This document shows, piece by piece, positions 36,550 to 50,014 of a stretch of 64,000 bases of DNA. The stretch comes from Leucoraja erinacea (Eukaryota): NCBI RefSeq assembly GCF_028641065.1, contig NC_073390.1, forward strand, positions 28,458,001 through 28,522,000, read 5' to 3'. Every line of letters starts with the position of its first letter. Position 1 is the stretch's first letter. The position numbers and the translations under genes were made by a program. A model generated the notes under the pieces. It did not search any database. It worked only from the letters and a program-made list of their open reading frames with translations, and was not told where the DNA came from.

Positions 36550-36793
36550 GGGATTTTATCAGAGATGATCTTGGGCTGCAAGGATTTGAGGCGCCTGAAC
36601 ATGTTGAGGTTGTAAAGCCGGAGGATGTTACAGAGAAGGTGGAAAGGGGTGGGGAAGTGCATTGATCCTAAAGGAGATGGTGATCAGGCTTCGAGGAATG
36701 TAGGTACTAAACAATCAAAATGGGATGTTAAGATCAAATCAGACACTTTAGTATAGCTTTACCGTGTATATTAATTATATTGTTGTTCCATAG

Positions 36794-37050
36794 CTGCCAG
36801 TGAGGAGATGAATCGAGATTTGGAGCACTTGCCACGTGAACACTCTAATACTATATCTTCGCTGCCATTCCGAGATGAGAAGCAGGAGACTGTGGTAGTA
36901 CGGCCTTACCCACAAGTGCAGGCACATGCACAGCCATTAGCAACAGCCCAGCACCACATGCAGCAGCCTGGTGTGCCCGTAACTATGGGTGCACCTCCCA
37001 CACACTTGGCGCAGGCCACTCAGCTGACTTTCCCAGAAGGACTGATGAAG
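36794..37050 (+). CDS. SAP130: SAP130 coding exon 2
   Basis: RDEKQETVVVRPYPQVQ...FPEGLMK; AG/GT ends, phase 1 to 0. Confidence 0.93.
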
Positions 37051-38734
37051 GTATGTATGCTTCGGTTTATAAACATTTCTTGGTCTAGCTCTTTCAGATT
37101 TCTGATTATGGTCCAGGAAGAATGGCCTGGGACACTAACTATGTAGCTGACATAGAATTTAATCTGGGCCATTCTCCTATTCTTTGCCAGTGCTCCCTTA
37201 ATCAGTGCATCAGTGAGCATCCCACATCATCCTGTTTTATTTTTCAAAATGTTCCATTCCCAGATGCAAACCCAACATTCTGCAACTCATTATTGTTTCT
37301 TCATACTTTGTGATTGTTTTTTTTAACTATTCTGGGGAAATTGCAGAATCTTGGTTTGTACTTGCTTCGGATTGAATGATTAAGAGATGATCTAATTAAG
37401 GTCCCCGGAATAATGCGTGCATTCAAAATGATAGGTAGAGAAATATTTTTTTTGATGGCAGGAGTGTCAAGGGCAATGGACATGACTCCAAATTAGAGCT
37501 GTTGCAATTAGAAATGAAATCAGGAAGCATATTTTCTGCAAGGAGAGTGAAGATCTGTAACTCTTCCTACAAAGCAGTTGGTACTGTTGGGTAGTTGGAG
37601 CACTGGAATTTGAATATTAGGGTATTAAAGAATGCGGAACCAGAGCGGTAAATGGAGCTAATATGCAAATTATCCACAATTTAATTAGATGGCAAAGCAG
37701 ACTTGAGCAGAATGGCCTCTGTGTTTTCCTGCATGTGTACTGTTGGGTTGGGTTAGTTTAAAGTCTCTATCCTTGGGAGCATGTCAATTATTCAAATTCC
37801 AGTGCCACCTGTACATCCAAGCTCATTAATGCAAATTTGTTGGAGCTTATTTGTTATGAAAGTTAGCATGCTGAATGCAGTCCTTTCCCAGTTCTGTGAT
37901 GTTAGAAATTATATTAGATTGGTCTTATTATACCTTAGTGAAGTTAAATCACTATTCATTCCTTTGCCTGTCAGCATTAAAGACTGGCTCAGAATGATGT
38001 ATCTTCTCAGATGCTGCATTTTGGTGATTTTAGTAATACAGAAGCAATTTGTATAGCTCTTATTTCAAAGGAACAATACAATAAGCTTTCTTATTGTAAA
38101 TGACTTGTGTGGCTGAAGGTAGTGTTAGGCATTGCAGCAAATGCTGTCTTATTTGGGCACAAAAATGCATATCTCTCTGCAGGAGATGCGACTGGTGGTG
38201 AGGGAGACACCAGCTTCAATTATGCCCACCAGCCTATTCAAGTAAACATGTGCTGAACAAACTAGAAATTGTACATTTTCTTCCTGAGTTTTGTACTTGA
38301 CCAAGTAACGCACTGAAAGTGCAGCTTTGCGTTTTTAATTTTTGTGCATGTTTTAAAATAGTGAATGCTGACCTTGTCTTTGGGGAAATCTGCAAGGAGA
38401 GCTATTGAACCTGATGACGTGAGAATGTTGAAATGGTATCTGTCAGGCTATGCTAATATGACCAGTGGTGAATTCTGATCCTTTCAAGCCAGTTCCAAGA
38501 TGATGCCATCAGTATTTGAGTAATTTATTTTGAAGCGCAGCAGAATTATTAACATCCAGACTTCCTTCTTCTGGGTGTTGTAAATGACTGCACCTCTGTA
38601 ATATTGATCACACATCAAAATATGCACATTAGTAGAAAAGATTCAGACAAACTAAAGTTTGACAACTTCTCATAGTTGTGCTGTTGCCATTGAATGCTTT
38701 TCCCCATGAAGTCACACCAGTTTTGTTTTCTCAG

Positions 38735-38899
38735 ACAACACTGAAGTCACCCTTGCCTAGTCGGCCCATTGCTCCTGCTCCATCTGGCCTGGGACACTTG
38801 ACTGTTCCACCTAAAGTTTCTGGACACGTAACTGTTAGCATGGACCCCAGCGTTCCTCAGGCATCTGCAATTCCTGTGGCTACAATCAGTGGGCAGCAG
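38735..38899 (+). CDS. SAP130: SAP130 coding exon 3
   Basis: PSRPIAPAP...PQASAIPVATISGQQ; 165 nt, phase 0-0. Confidence 0.93.
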
Positions 38900-39027
38900 G
38901 TAAGAGCACAACTCTTATATTTGTTCCAAGTCTAAAACACCCGTTTACAGGTGCTCTCAAGAAGACCGTTCAAATTGGTGGTTATGGTATCAGTATTGTG
39001 ACTTGATCTGGATTATCTTCTTTGTAG

Positions 39028-39160
39028 GGACATCCTAACATCCCTCATCTGATGGGCACCAATGTGCAGATGTCTATTATCCGAAATTCTGTGCCAGCCT
39101 CACTCCACATTGGACCGTCCACAGCGCAGACCCACATGTTCTCATCTCATGTGCCTAGAG
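39028..39160 (+). CDS. SAP130: SAP130 coding exon 4
   Basis: GHPNIPHLMGTNVQMSIIR...SHVPR; phase 0 to 1. Confidence 0.92.
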
Positions 39161-39557
39161 GTAATGTACTCTTCAACACCTTTGTCCAAATATAAAATAT
39201 AGCATGATTTTTCTTATCACCCCTTCTCCTTCTCTTTCCCCCCCCCCCCCCCCCCCCCCCCAACCTTTTATTTTTATGCTGTAGGTATTTTTATACACAC
39301 TTTCCATAAACTAGTTAAACTCAGTCTTTTTAACTCGTCCTGCATTATGTTCTTATGTAGAGCTTGTACTCCGCAGACTGCTCTAAATCTGATATAACCA
39401 TTGTTGCCATTATTATTACCACTGCTTGGTTTGGGTGATTTAAAGGAAACCACACTTAGTGCTTTTGTGTAAAGACCATGTCAAAGTTTTGAGGGAGAAC
39501 TACAAGTCAGGGATGTTAAACATCCATGTGTGCTTAAGCAAAGGTTCAGTGAGCTAA

Positions 39558-39755
39558 TGATAGAAGGTACACAAAAAAGCTGGAGAAACTCAGCGGGTGC
39601 AGCAGCATCTATGGAGCGAAGGAATGGGTGATGTTTCAAGAGCCGAAACATCATCCATTCCTTATCTCCAGCGATGCTGCCTATCCCACTGAGTCACTAC
39701 AGCATTTTGTGTCTATCTTCAGTTTAAACCTGCATCTGCAGTTCTTTCCTACACC
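39558..39755. mobile_element. Mini-element of two inverted Penelope terminal-repeat halves with 14-bp TSD
   Basis: GTTCAGTGAGCTAA at 39544-39557 and 39756-39769; central inverted junction gaatgggtgatgtttc...gaaacatcatccattc. Confidence 0.85.
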
Positions 39756-40001
39756 GTTCAGTGAGCTAAACATGCTTCCAGTTAAATTGAATAAATAATA
39801 TGGTTAAGCAGTTTCTATAGCATTATTCAAACAGTCAGAGATATCCATCAATATTCATCAATCAGCAGATTGATCAATTGTTTTGTATGATTACAATACC
39901 AAATCAGTGGAGTTCAAGGAATTAATGGAATGTTTGGTACCTTTCAATACTTTTGAGATTTGATGACATGAATTATTTTTAAAAGCTGATGTCTTCTGTA
40001 G

Positions 40002-40129
40002 GTGCAGCAGTAGCTGCAGCAATATCAAGTTCCAAAGTAACTACGGTCCTGCGCCCTGCTCCAGCGCCGTTACCGACTGCTGGGAATCCTCAGACTGCTG
40101 TGCAACATTCTCTACACTTGCCTATACAG
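40002..40129 (+). CDS. SAP130: SAP130 coding exon 5
   Basis: GAAVAAAISSSKVTTVLRP...LPIQ; phase 1 to 0. Confidence 0.92.
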
Positions 40130-41189
40130 GTAACTATTTAACTGTAAACTATAAGCCCTAGTTAATATTGAAATCTTTACCTTGATGGACTCCTGATAGA
40201 ATGCATTTCTAGAAATTCTTCCGTTATAAAATGGGTGCTGTGTAAACAACTTCCAACTGTTGTATTCCAGGTGCATTGTACAATGTACGTTCAAATTACA
40301 AGTCCCAGATCTTTTGTGTGCAACAAACTAGGTAAAAGGGTCAAAGTTATGTACGTATCTTGCCGCAGTGATCTATCACCAAAGTGACAGCTCTGAAAAA
40401 GCAGTTTCTAATGGAAACTGTGAAGTTTAAGCTTGAGTGGAAAATGGTGGAGATGGTATGTGGTTGGACACCTGGTGCTGCTAACAGACAGTGGGTTATT
40501 GTACCTTTGGAGGTGGTAACGCAGAGAGTGTACGGTGATTGTTGAGGGTTCCGACATCATCCCAGAGGAGTGAGAGACATTCTCCAGCAGTGACCAGGTA
40601 GCAATTTTTTTTAAAAAAGAAGATTGTTTTAACTGACTGGAGTAGTCCTTCATCCGATGGGCAAATCCTGCTTCTGCAATTAGAGCATTTACTGTTTATG
40701 AGTTTGTGAGATCGTGAGTGGCATTAATCATACTTGTCTACCAGTGTTTACTGCACACGCCCAGTGCTCTCAGTGTATAAACACATTGATCGGTACAACA
40801 GTTCCCAGTAATGGTTGCACATGCACAAAGTTGCATCAACGTTCATCACTGTGTGTATGGAAATGCTTTACCATCTGATAGAATTGTTTGGCTGCAGTAT
40901 CTTCCTGTTACTCCCCATGTGTTGAATGGTAAGCCTGAAATCTTGCACGATTCACAAGTCCAACATCTATAAGATTAAATTCACCTTGATCAGGACTCTT
41001 AACTCCCAGACTGATCAATGCTTTTTACAAGTCTTCTAACACAAACCAGGTTTACAGTCGATATCTTTTTCCGCATTCTGTGGCTGCTTAATTATAGCAA
41101 CTATTGTAACAATTGCACACCTTCATCATTTCAATGGTACATGTCTACAATGTAAACCTTGCTGGTTATCATATTTCATTCCAAATTAT

Positions 41190-42115
41190 CTTCAATACAA
41201 CCACATTTAGGCATTTAGATAGGCACATGGATATGCAGGGAATAGAGGGATATGCATCAAGTTCACGATAAAATGGGCCAAAGTCAGCATGGCTTTGTGA
41301 AGGGGAGGTCTTGACAGACACATTTTTTGGAATTCTTTGAAGAAGTAAATAGCAGGACAGAGAAAGGAGAGTCAGTAGATGGTGTTTATCTAGAATTTGA
41401 GAAAGCCTTAGATATGGTGCCACATGGGAGGCTGCTAAGAGCTGATGAGAGCCCATGGTATCTAAGGCATATATCAGGTTGGCTGGATGGTAGAAGGCAA
41501 AGAGTGGGAATAAAGGGGGCTTTTTCTGGTTGGCTGCCAGTGCCTAGCGGAGTTCTACAGGGCTCGGTGCTGGGGTGCTGCTCTTCACGTATATTAATGA
41601 TTTGGATGAGGGGATTGGTTTTGTGATGAAGTTTGCGGATGATATGGAAGTAGGTGCAGGAGAAGTAATGTAGAGAAAACGGACTCTGCAGAAATACTTG
41701 GATAGGTTGGGAGAGTGGGCAGAGAAGTGACAGATGGAATATAGTGTAGCAAAGTGTGGAGTCATGCATTTTGGTAAAATATGAGGGGGGTACCTCATTG
41801 AAACGTGCACAATCATGAAAGACTTGGATAGTGGGAGAGTCTAGGACTAGAGGTGATTAGAATTAAAGGACGATCTTTTAGGAAGCGTTTTTTTTTTTTT
41901 TTTTTAGTCGGACCGTGGTGAATCTGGGAAATTCTTTACCACAGAAGGCGGTGGAGGCAAAGGCAGAGGTAGATGGATTCTTGATTGGTACGGGTGTCAG
42001 GTGTAATGGGGAGAAGGCAGGAGAATGAGGTTGGGAGGGAGAGATAGATCAGCCATGATTGAATGGCAGAGTAGAATTGATGGGCCAAATGGCCTAATTC
42101 TGCTCCTATCACTGA
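41190..42115 (+). mobile_element. CR1 LINE RT fragments with internal deletions
   Basis: RT motifs EFFEEV...VDGVYLEFEKALDMVPHGRL, WLDGRRQRV...SGVLQGSVLG and KFADD. Confidence 0.88.
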
Positions 42116-42520
42116 AGATCCTATTGTGGGCCAAAGGCTTATTACTGCGTTCTGTTCTATGTTCTCTGCATTTGTGTTTTTGTTTGCTTATAGTTCTGCA
42201 TGGTCTGTGCTAGACCTAATGTGATAGCATGAATGGCCTTTTGTGCAATATATGTCCAAGAAGTATATCTTGCACTCTATCTTCCCCTTTGCTCTATCTA
42301 TTATACTCGATTTTGACAATTGTATTTATGTATTATTATCTGGTGTGATTTGGATAAGCATGCAAAATACAGCTTTTATCTGTACCTCAGTACATGTGTT
42401 GTTAATACCAAACCAAACAATTTGAATAGTTGACCTCGCACCTTATCTGCAGTTTGCACCCATTTGAATATCTGACATTACTCCAGTATTTGAATCTTGT
42501 ACATTGATTTTTTTTGGCAG

Positions 42521-42645
42521 TCTCGCCCACCTCCAACCACTTCTACAGCAATCCCTTCAGCAGTGGTAGCAACAGTGTCTGCAACACGGGCCCAGTCTCC
42601 TGTCATTCCAGCAGCAACAGCCCATGGGGCAGATGTAGCACACAG
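42521..42645 (+). CDS. SAP130: SAP130 coding exon 6
   Basis: SRPPPTTSTAIPSAVVATVSATRAQSPVI; phase 0 to 2. Confidence 0.92.
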
Positions 42646-43151
42646 GTAATTTGATGGGAAACAAGCTCTGTATACGTTACTGACAGTGCACAGATTTAAA
42701 TACTTCAATTGGAAGCATTCCATTTAATGAAGAAAGAACCTGCATTCTTTTGTTTTTGGGGGAAATGATGTTTCATTTGCCAATAATTTTCCTTTCTACT
42801 CTGTAATGATTGATGTGTTGCAGTGATTTTGCTGGAATGCTATATTTCATTAGCCTTGTTCATATGCTGTATCTGTTTTTGGAGATCTGCAACTGTTGTT
42901 GCTGGAGTTCATCCAAATCTTTGACAACCGTGCAAGTAAAATGAGTGGACCACTGATAGAAGTCCAGATACGGTTATCAAACTCATTCCTTCTATGCTTA
43001 ATTTTGTTTGCATTGCCATAAGTAATTTTGTTCTCAGATATTTGGACATTAACGGTCCTACTTATAGCCAATATAGTCTCTGATAAAGTTGTAAGTTTTT
43101 GAAAAATGTAATTGTAATTATTTACATCTGTTATATGCTTATGGTTAGTCA

Positions 43152-43845
43152 TGCAGCATAGAAACAGGCCCTTTAGCCTAATTTGTCCCTGCCAACCAAT
43201 ATGCGGCGTCTAAGCTAGTCGCATTTGCCCACGTTTGGCCTATATCCCTCTAAACCTTTCCTATCCATGTACCTGCCCAAGTGTCTTTTAACTGCTGTTA
43301 TCGTTACCTGTCTGAACTACCTCCTCATATACCCACCACCCTATGAGTGAAAAAGTTGCCCCTAGGGTTCATATTGAATCTTCCCCTCTCACCTGAAACC
43401 TATGTACTCTGATTTTTGATTTCCGTAACCAAGGTTAAAGACTGCATTCTTCCTATCTATTCTCCCATCATTTTATACACCTCTCTAAGATCACCTCTCA
43501 GTTTCCTGTGCTGCCAGGAATAAAGTCCTCACTGCCCAACCTCTCTCTGTAGCTCAGCCCTTCAAGTCCTGGCATCATCCTTGTAAATCTCTCTGTACTC
43601 TTTCCAGCTTAATTGCATCCTTTCTCTCGCAGGCTGACCAAAACTAGACACTGTATTCTAAATGTGGCTTTGCCCAAATCTTGTACAACTGTAACATAAT
43701 ATCCAAACTTCTATACTCCATACCCTGACTGATGGTGGCCAATGTACCTAAAGCCGCCTTTACCACCCTGTCTATCAGTGACGCAACTTACTGTGAACTA
43801 TGTACCTGCACTCCTAGATCCTGCTGCTCTACAACACTCCCCAAG
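43152..43845 (-). mobile_element. CR1 3' fragment
   Basis: Reverse-complement CR1 tail and decayed ORF2 end. Confidence 0.75.
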
Positions 43846-44003
43846 AATGTTGAGGATTATGGCGAATAGATGTTAAGTTTGAGTTCAGACTGTGTGTGCC
43901 CTACTTCAAATTTCATTCCTTGTCAGTGAATATTCAGAATTATGTAGAATGCCTTCCGCGAGGTCTCCTGTCTGAATTGTTACTTTCCTCTCCTTGCCTG
44001 CAG

Positions 44004-44154
44004 TAGACCGGCACTGACCATCCAACCTCACCCGTCTGCTGCAACAATTAGTATCCAGCGTACTCAGCAGTCTCGAGATACGACTACTCGCATCACATTG
44101 CCTTCTCACCCTGCAGTGGCTGGCCAGAAACCACAGCTTCATCCTATAACACAG
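44004..44154 (+). CDS. SAP130: SAP130 coding exon 7
   Basis: RPALTIQ...ISIQRTQQSRDTTTRITLPSHPA; phase 2 to 0; CAGTAG tandem acceptor. Confidence 0.92.
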
Positions 44155-45775
44155 GTAAAGTTCCACCTACTTCCCTATACTGTGACTTGGCTCCACAAGT
44201 AAACTTATTAATAATTTTGTCCTAACCCACCAATCCCCCTCTTCTTTGTTGTTCTACTCTGAACTATGTCGGAAAAATCCTTCCAAAATTGGTTTGTTCA
44301 GTGACATGAAAATTACCACTAAAATCAACATGTGGTTTAAGTAAAAGTAAAATACTTTGTTATTTTGTTCTTTACTGTTATAGTCAATTACATTTCTTTG
44401 AAATGTATTTTCTTAATTGGCAAGTGAGAATACTGAATGTTTATTTTTTGTTCATGAACTAAAGACTATGGCTTTGTGGCAAATAATATTTGTGAACAGT
44501 GTGCATTTGATTTTGAGTGTGCATAACTGTATATTCGCCAGTTCTTGAAGCATTTCTTCAGCAGTTTTTCAAATGGGAAGAAAGTTATACAACTGAGGCA
44601 AACGTTTGACAAATTGAATAACACTAGAAGAGCATGATTTGTGAATCTATTAATGCTAACTATAACTTGCATGCATCAGGAATATACACAATTCTCATTT
44701 GTAGGGCATTTTTGCAGCACAAACATTTTTAACTACTTTAACTAACACTCATGACTTTTTGAATGGTACAGATACTGGAGATACTCCTGCTGTTTGTAAT
44801 TGGTGTCCTTCAATCACACATGTCTGAGTAATAAATAATTCCACCATATTTGTACTGTCTTATTGCCATTGTTGGTTAAAATGCATTTTTTTGGCAAGCT
44901 GGCCAACTATGTATCCTTGCATGTGTTATATCTTTTTGAGCTTACGAAATCTTTGTTTTAATCTCTGCTTGTTATAAACCTAAAAGTTAGAATTTAAAAC
45001 AAGAATTTAAACCGTGTGTTGAAAGCATTTTGTGCATGTTCTAGAGTATTGACACCTGCCAGAAGTCCCCCTTGTTGGAAAATTGGACTGTTGTAATTCG
45101 CCTTTGTGTTGATGTCTTTTCTCTTTTGTAATGTGTACAGTGCATGCATTTTACTTACTAGCAGATTAGATCAAAAGTTTTAATTATGTGACCTTCACTC
45201 ACAGTAAAACAAGAAGGACTTCATTTAAAAAAAATCAAGAACCTTAGCAGTTAAAGGGTTCCCACTGGTCCATTGGTTTTATTTTGCCGGCCTCTCCCAC
45301 ATTGCTTTACAAGTGCTGCAATTATACATATGGGCAGCACTGAGACTGATCTTGGCACCTGTATGCTAATTATTGTTGTGACAATGGTTCAGTCACACTG
45401 CTCCAAAGTATTACTGCACATTACCCAACACTTTGCTGTTTATTCTTTTCCCCCTCTTCCCTGTTTTCTCTCATCTCCACAGCATCCAACTGACAATTGT
45501 TCAACAGTGCTGACCTTATTTCCAGTAGATGAGATATCAGTGAGCATGCATGTTAGCTTTTAGGGTTTAGAACAAAGTAAATAAGTCACAATAACAATTT
45601 CTTGAATGTAAAATATTTAGTGCAGAAAAATATAAAAAATGTGATTTTAGGGCTATTGTATTTATTTCAAGGTGACTCTATTTCTGTTATTGATCAGGTG
45701 ATTAATGTAGTAGGTAGCATCAGAACCGTACCTTTAACAGCTTCCAACACCAACAAGCAAGTTCTCTTTCAACAG

Positions 45776-45866
45776 AAAGCCATGTTCAGTACTGGGACAC
45801 CAGTCGCTGCTGCTACAGTGGCACCTATACTTTCAACAAACTCAATCCCTTCTACCACAGGTCAGG
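45776..45866 (+). CDS. SAP130: SAP130 coding exon 8
   Basis: KAMFSTGTPVAAATVAPILSTNSIPS; donor G|gtaagt, phase 0 to 1. Confidence 0.92.
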
Positions 45867-46309
45867 GTAAGTATCTGGTTTCTGGAAAATACTTAATTTC
45901 ATTTTGGACTCTTAAGATAGAAAGCTGTTGACCCCACTTCAAGTGAAAACTCACTTGTGCAGCAGTATAATGTACTCGAAAGACTGTCATTTTGTCTGGA
46001 ACAGCATTTCCTTTAAAACATTAAAAACTGTAGTAATCGGTTATTGCCATTAAAGTTAAACTCAACATAATCAGCAAAATGGTTGAAACATTACATTAAG
46101 AAAATGGTGAATGCAAAGGAATCCAATTTCTATATTTTTTAGAAGTCAACTTTTGTAATGGGAAAAGTTTAATTGATTTTTCATTTTATATCATGTTTCA
46201 GCCTCTCATAATGAACATATCTGAGTTGCTTTTGCAGATGACTATGATTGGTCAGTTGCCCCTTTTTCTTATATTTTTACTCAAAATTATTTTTTTTTCT
46301 TCTGTACAG

Positions 46310-46414
46310 GTGCTGTTTCCCATGCTCAAGTAACAAGCAGTACAATTGTGAACATGACAATGGCTTCCCATACACCTCATGCTCCTGTCGTCACTACGTC
46401 GACTATTCCTGTTG
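46310..46414 (+). CDS. SAP130: SAP130 coding exon 9
   Basis: AVSHAQVTSSTIVNMTMASH...TTSTIPV; phase 1-1. Confidence 0.9.
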
Positions 46415-46779
46415 GTGAGTGAAACCCACTGCCCTGGCTTCAAACTCGCATGTCACAAGAAGACATGACCACTTATTGAAAGGTATCTAGGGTCTAACCG
46501 AAGTCCAGCTAGAGTTTTCAGATATCAACGCATTCACTTGGGAACTTCAGTCTTGACTGGGTTCCTGACTGCTTTGAGAGCACTCTGGAGAGAGTGAAAT
46601 GTTCTGATATGCATTCTCAAAATCCTTTTGCTATTCAGTGGGAATTAGTGAAGTTTCCCTGGATTCGTGATCGTACTGGGCAAGTTCCAAATGCATAGGA
46701 AAGAAAATGATCCCACCAATCTGTGAGGAAATATGTTGAGTAAGAAATCGGAGGGCTAGCTACAAGATTGTTTGAGTAG

Positions 46780-47058
46780 TGTAATGGCAATTTCAAACTT
46801 TCCCAATATCCAACTTTCCGTTGCCATTACTCCACAGGTAGGTGGGAGTGATCGTACGCAGACAAGCAAAAACGGATCTTCCAGTCGTTATTTTCTAGTT
46901 CTTTATTGAAGTAGTTGTACAGACAAAGTGAACATACCATATTCTTATACAAATTGTAGCTTTCCGTTTTTACTATCTGCATACGATCACTCCCACCTAC
47001 CCGTGGAGTAATGGCAATGGAAAGTTGAATATTGGAAAAGTTTGAAATTGCCATTACA
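46780..47058. repeat. Long nested inverted repeat (MITE-like)
   Basis: Arms 46780-46876 and 46963-47058 are near reverse complements. Confidence 0.85.
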
Positions 47059-47561
47059 TCAAAGTAAGAACTGTTTTCTCTCCAAATCCCATGGCTGGTC
47101 TGACCTAGCCACTCCCTGCGACTACGCTATATGTAACGTTCATCTACTTATCAAAAGCTCACCCCCAAGCGTACAAAATAATTCTGCAAGAAATATCTAG
47201 ACAAAACAATAAAATATGCCAACAGTAACTAGTCTAAGCATGAATGGCTCCTACAAGTAGGAACAAACACGAGGTCGATATCTCTTGTTCTAAACCAACA
47301 ATTGTTTTTAATGGGCATCTTGGAATAATTTTCATCAGTTCTTTTATGGATTGGCTAATTTTGGCAGAAAAGCAAATAAACAAAATGCTAGAAATCTGAA
47401 GTAAATCAAGGTGTAGAAATACTCAGTATGAAATTTCAACATAATTCTTTGCAGTTGCGATCTTGGATTACCCAGATGCTTTTCCTGGGTGTAAAACAAA
47501 TGGCTAATAGTTGGAAATGCATTTATCTATTGCTAATGCATACTCTTGTATTGTGTTACAG

Positions 47562-47700
47562 CAAAAGTTGTCCCTCAACCAATAACTCACACTTCTCCGC
47601 GGATCCAACCAGATTACACAGAAAGGGGGAACCTGATTTCTATACCTGGTCACAGGGCGTCACCTAACCCTGTTACAATGGAGACACGGACTGAGAACAG
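47562..47700 (+). CDS. SAP130: SAP130 coding exon 10
   Basis: AKVVPQPITHTSPRIQPDY...GHRASPNPVTMETR; phase 1 to 2. Confidence 0.94.
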
Positions 47701-48642
47701 GTATGGCTGCCTCCAGTGTTTGAGTGAATGTTGGAAGCACAAATGAACATTTGATGGATGCATATCCAACTTCCACCGATTTTTCATTCCACCAATATTT
47801 TCACTGCATCTTTCATCTCCATGCTCTCTCTCCACATGTGCACTTCTATAATAAAGGCACTAATAAAGCCATAATTGCTGGGTGAGGCATATTCACGTAG
47901 CTCCACTTTGTAGTATTAAAGGTGAAAATAGATTATAGTTTACACCTCTAATATACATCCATTGACCTGTTGATAAATACACGTGTAAATATCAGAGTTG
48001 ATCAAGACTATGTTGCACCTTGCAGATACTTCCTACCAGACTAGATAATGGTACAATTATTTTTACATTAAAGTTACCTATTCAAGTCGTCAATAAATTT
48101 TACTAAAGGAGACGTTGTTCTAAAACCTGAACACAGGTGATCATGCATTATGGGCGGGGAGAGAGTTGCGTTCCTAGAAAAGCACACTGGAATAACAGTT
48201 TGTGTCATAATTCCACTTAGTCAGCCCAACTCGTCCCAGCTACCCTAGTCCCACTTGCCTGCACTTGGTCCATAACCCTCCAAACCTGTCCTATCCATGT
48301 ACTTGTCTAACTGTTTCTTAAACAATGGGATAGTCCCAGCCTCCACTACCTCCTCTGGCAGCTTGTTCCATACAACGATATATCAAGAAATGATAATTGG
48401 GAAAAAGTAACTTATGTATTTACATTTTTGTGCATAAATTCCGTGAGAGCTAATTTCTTTTTTCTATCCACAATTTTTGAATTTCTGTTAACTGAACAGC
48501 CATAATCTAAGTCTGTATGTATGTATATATATATAGATGTTTGTTCAAGGATATGGGTAAAATCTTTAGTTGTAAAATCTATGTGGGATTTATCTTAACT
48601 AAGATTTCTTAATTGTTACAATTCCTTTTGCTCTCCATCCAG

Positions 48643-48773
48643 ACAAGTCCCTGTGCAGTTTCAATACTACCTGCCAGCTTATCCACCATCAGCTGCCATC
48701 CCTGGCTACCCAACACTGGCACATACTTTTACCCCAATAACCAGCACAGTATCCACTATACGGCAATACCCAG
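48643..48773 (+). CDS. SAP130: SAP130 coding exon 11
   Basis: VPVQFQYYLPAYPPSA...TPITSTVSTIRQYP; phase 2 to 1. Confidence 0.93.
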
Positions 48774-49791
48774 GTACGAATATACTGAATTATTTAACAT
48801 GCTGTTATGGCAGTACCAGCCAGGATAAACTGAGCAACTGGGAGGGCTCCCATTTGACTAACTAGCCTTTATGTAACATGTTTTAAGTAGCTTCCTCACA
48901 ATTAAAGGGATGTGGTGACAGAAGAAATTCCAAAGGAAATGAAGAGCTGTGGTTGTACAGAGAGATCAGATAAGATGGGTTTATTCTCATAGGAGGCTGT
49001 GGAATGACTCTATGGAGATTCATAAAATTTTGACGGGCACAGATTAGATAGAATCTTTTTTTTCCCCACGTCAGGGGAGTCTAGACCTGGAGAGAGGACA
49101 GATTTAAAGTAAGAAGAGATAAGTTTGACGGTAGTCAACATATGGAACGAGTTGCCATAGGAGATGGAAGTAGATAAAATTACAAAGATTTAAAGGACAG
49201 ATAATTGGATAGAAAAGGAACAAAGGGATGGGGGCCTGATGCAGGCTATTAGGATTAGCATAGGTAGGATCACGGTCAGCATCAACAAGGTGGGTCAAAG
49301 AGGATTGTTGTTGAGATTAATATTTCTGATTCTATTATGGTTGAAGAAGAGAAATGTGATGATCATTTGGTTAAAACAAAATAAAGTATTTTGCATTATA
49401 GAAACAAATAACATTAATTGGAGGGAATGTGTATCTCAAGCTATGAAGACCAATAACTATCGATTCTCCTTTGATTTGTGATGTGGTTATTGCTGGCATA
49501 ACCACCATTTATTGCCTTTGAGAAAGTGGTGGCAGCTACTGGAGCCACTGTTATCCGTTGCTCAAACTCAGGAGGAAAGGTGAGGATTTAGGTCTAGCGG
49601 CGATGAAAGGCTTGTGATATACTCTGAAGTTAAGATGATGTGTGACTTGGAGGAGAAACTGCAGGTAGTGATGTTCCGATGCTGAGGGGAGGGAGGGTTG
49701 GTGTGGTTAAGTTAGCAGAACTGTAATTTAGAGCTCTGGTTGAAAATTTGGTTACTAGAGCTGAAATATGGCAGCTATAGATTTAAATTCA

Positions 49792-50014
49792 GTTTATTTA
49801 AGTTAGAGATACAGCACGGAAACAGGCCCTTCGGCCCACCGGATCCGCGCCGTCCAGCGATCCCTGCACATTAACACCCATGAGGGACAATTTTTACATT
49901 TACCAAGCCAATTAACTTACAAACCTGTACATCTTTGGAATGTGGGAGGAAACCGAAGATCTCGAGAAAACCCACGCAGGTCAAGGAGGGGAACGTACAA
50001 ACACCGTACAGACA
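49792..50014 (-). mobile_element. V-SINE (5'-truncated)
   Basis: Reverse complement of the V-core and tail. Confidence 0.85.

Noticed and set aside
40430-41170. Decayed LTR-retrotransposon coding remnant or cryptic exon
   Set aside because: No recognisable protease, RT or integrase motif could be read, and there is no phase-compatible splice pair.
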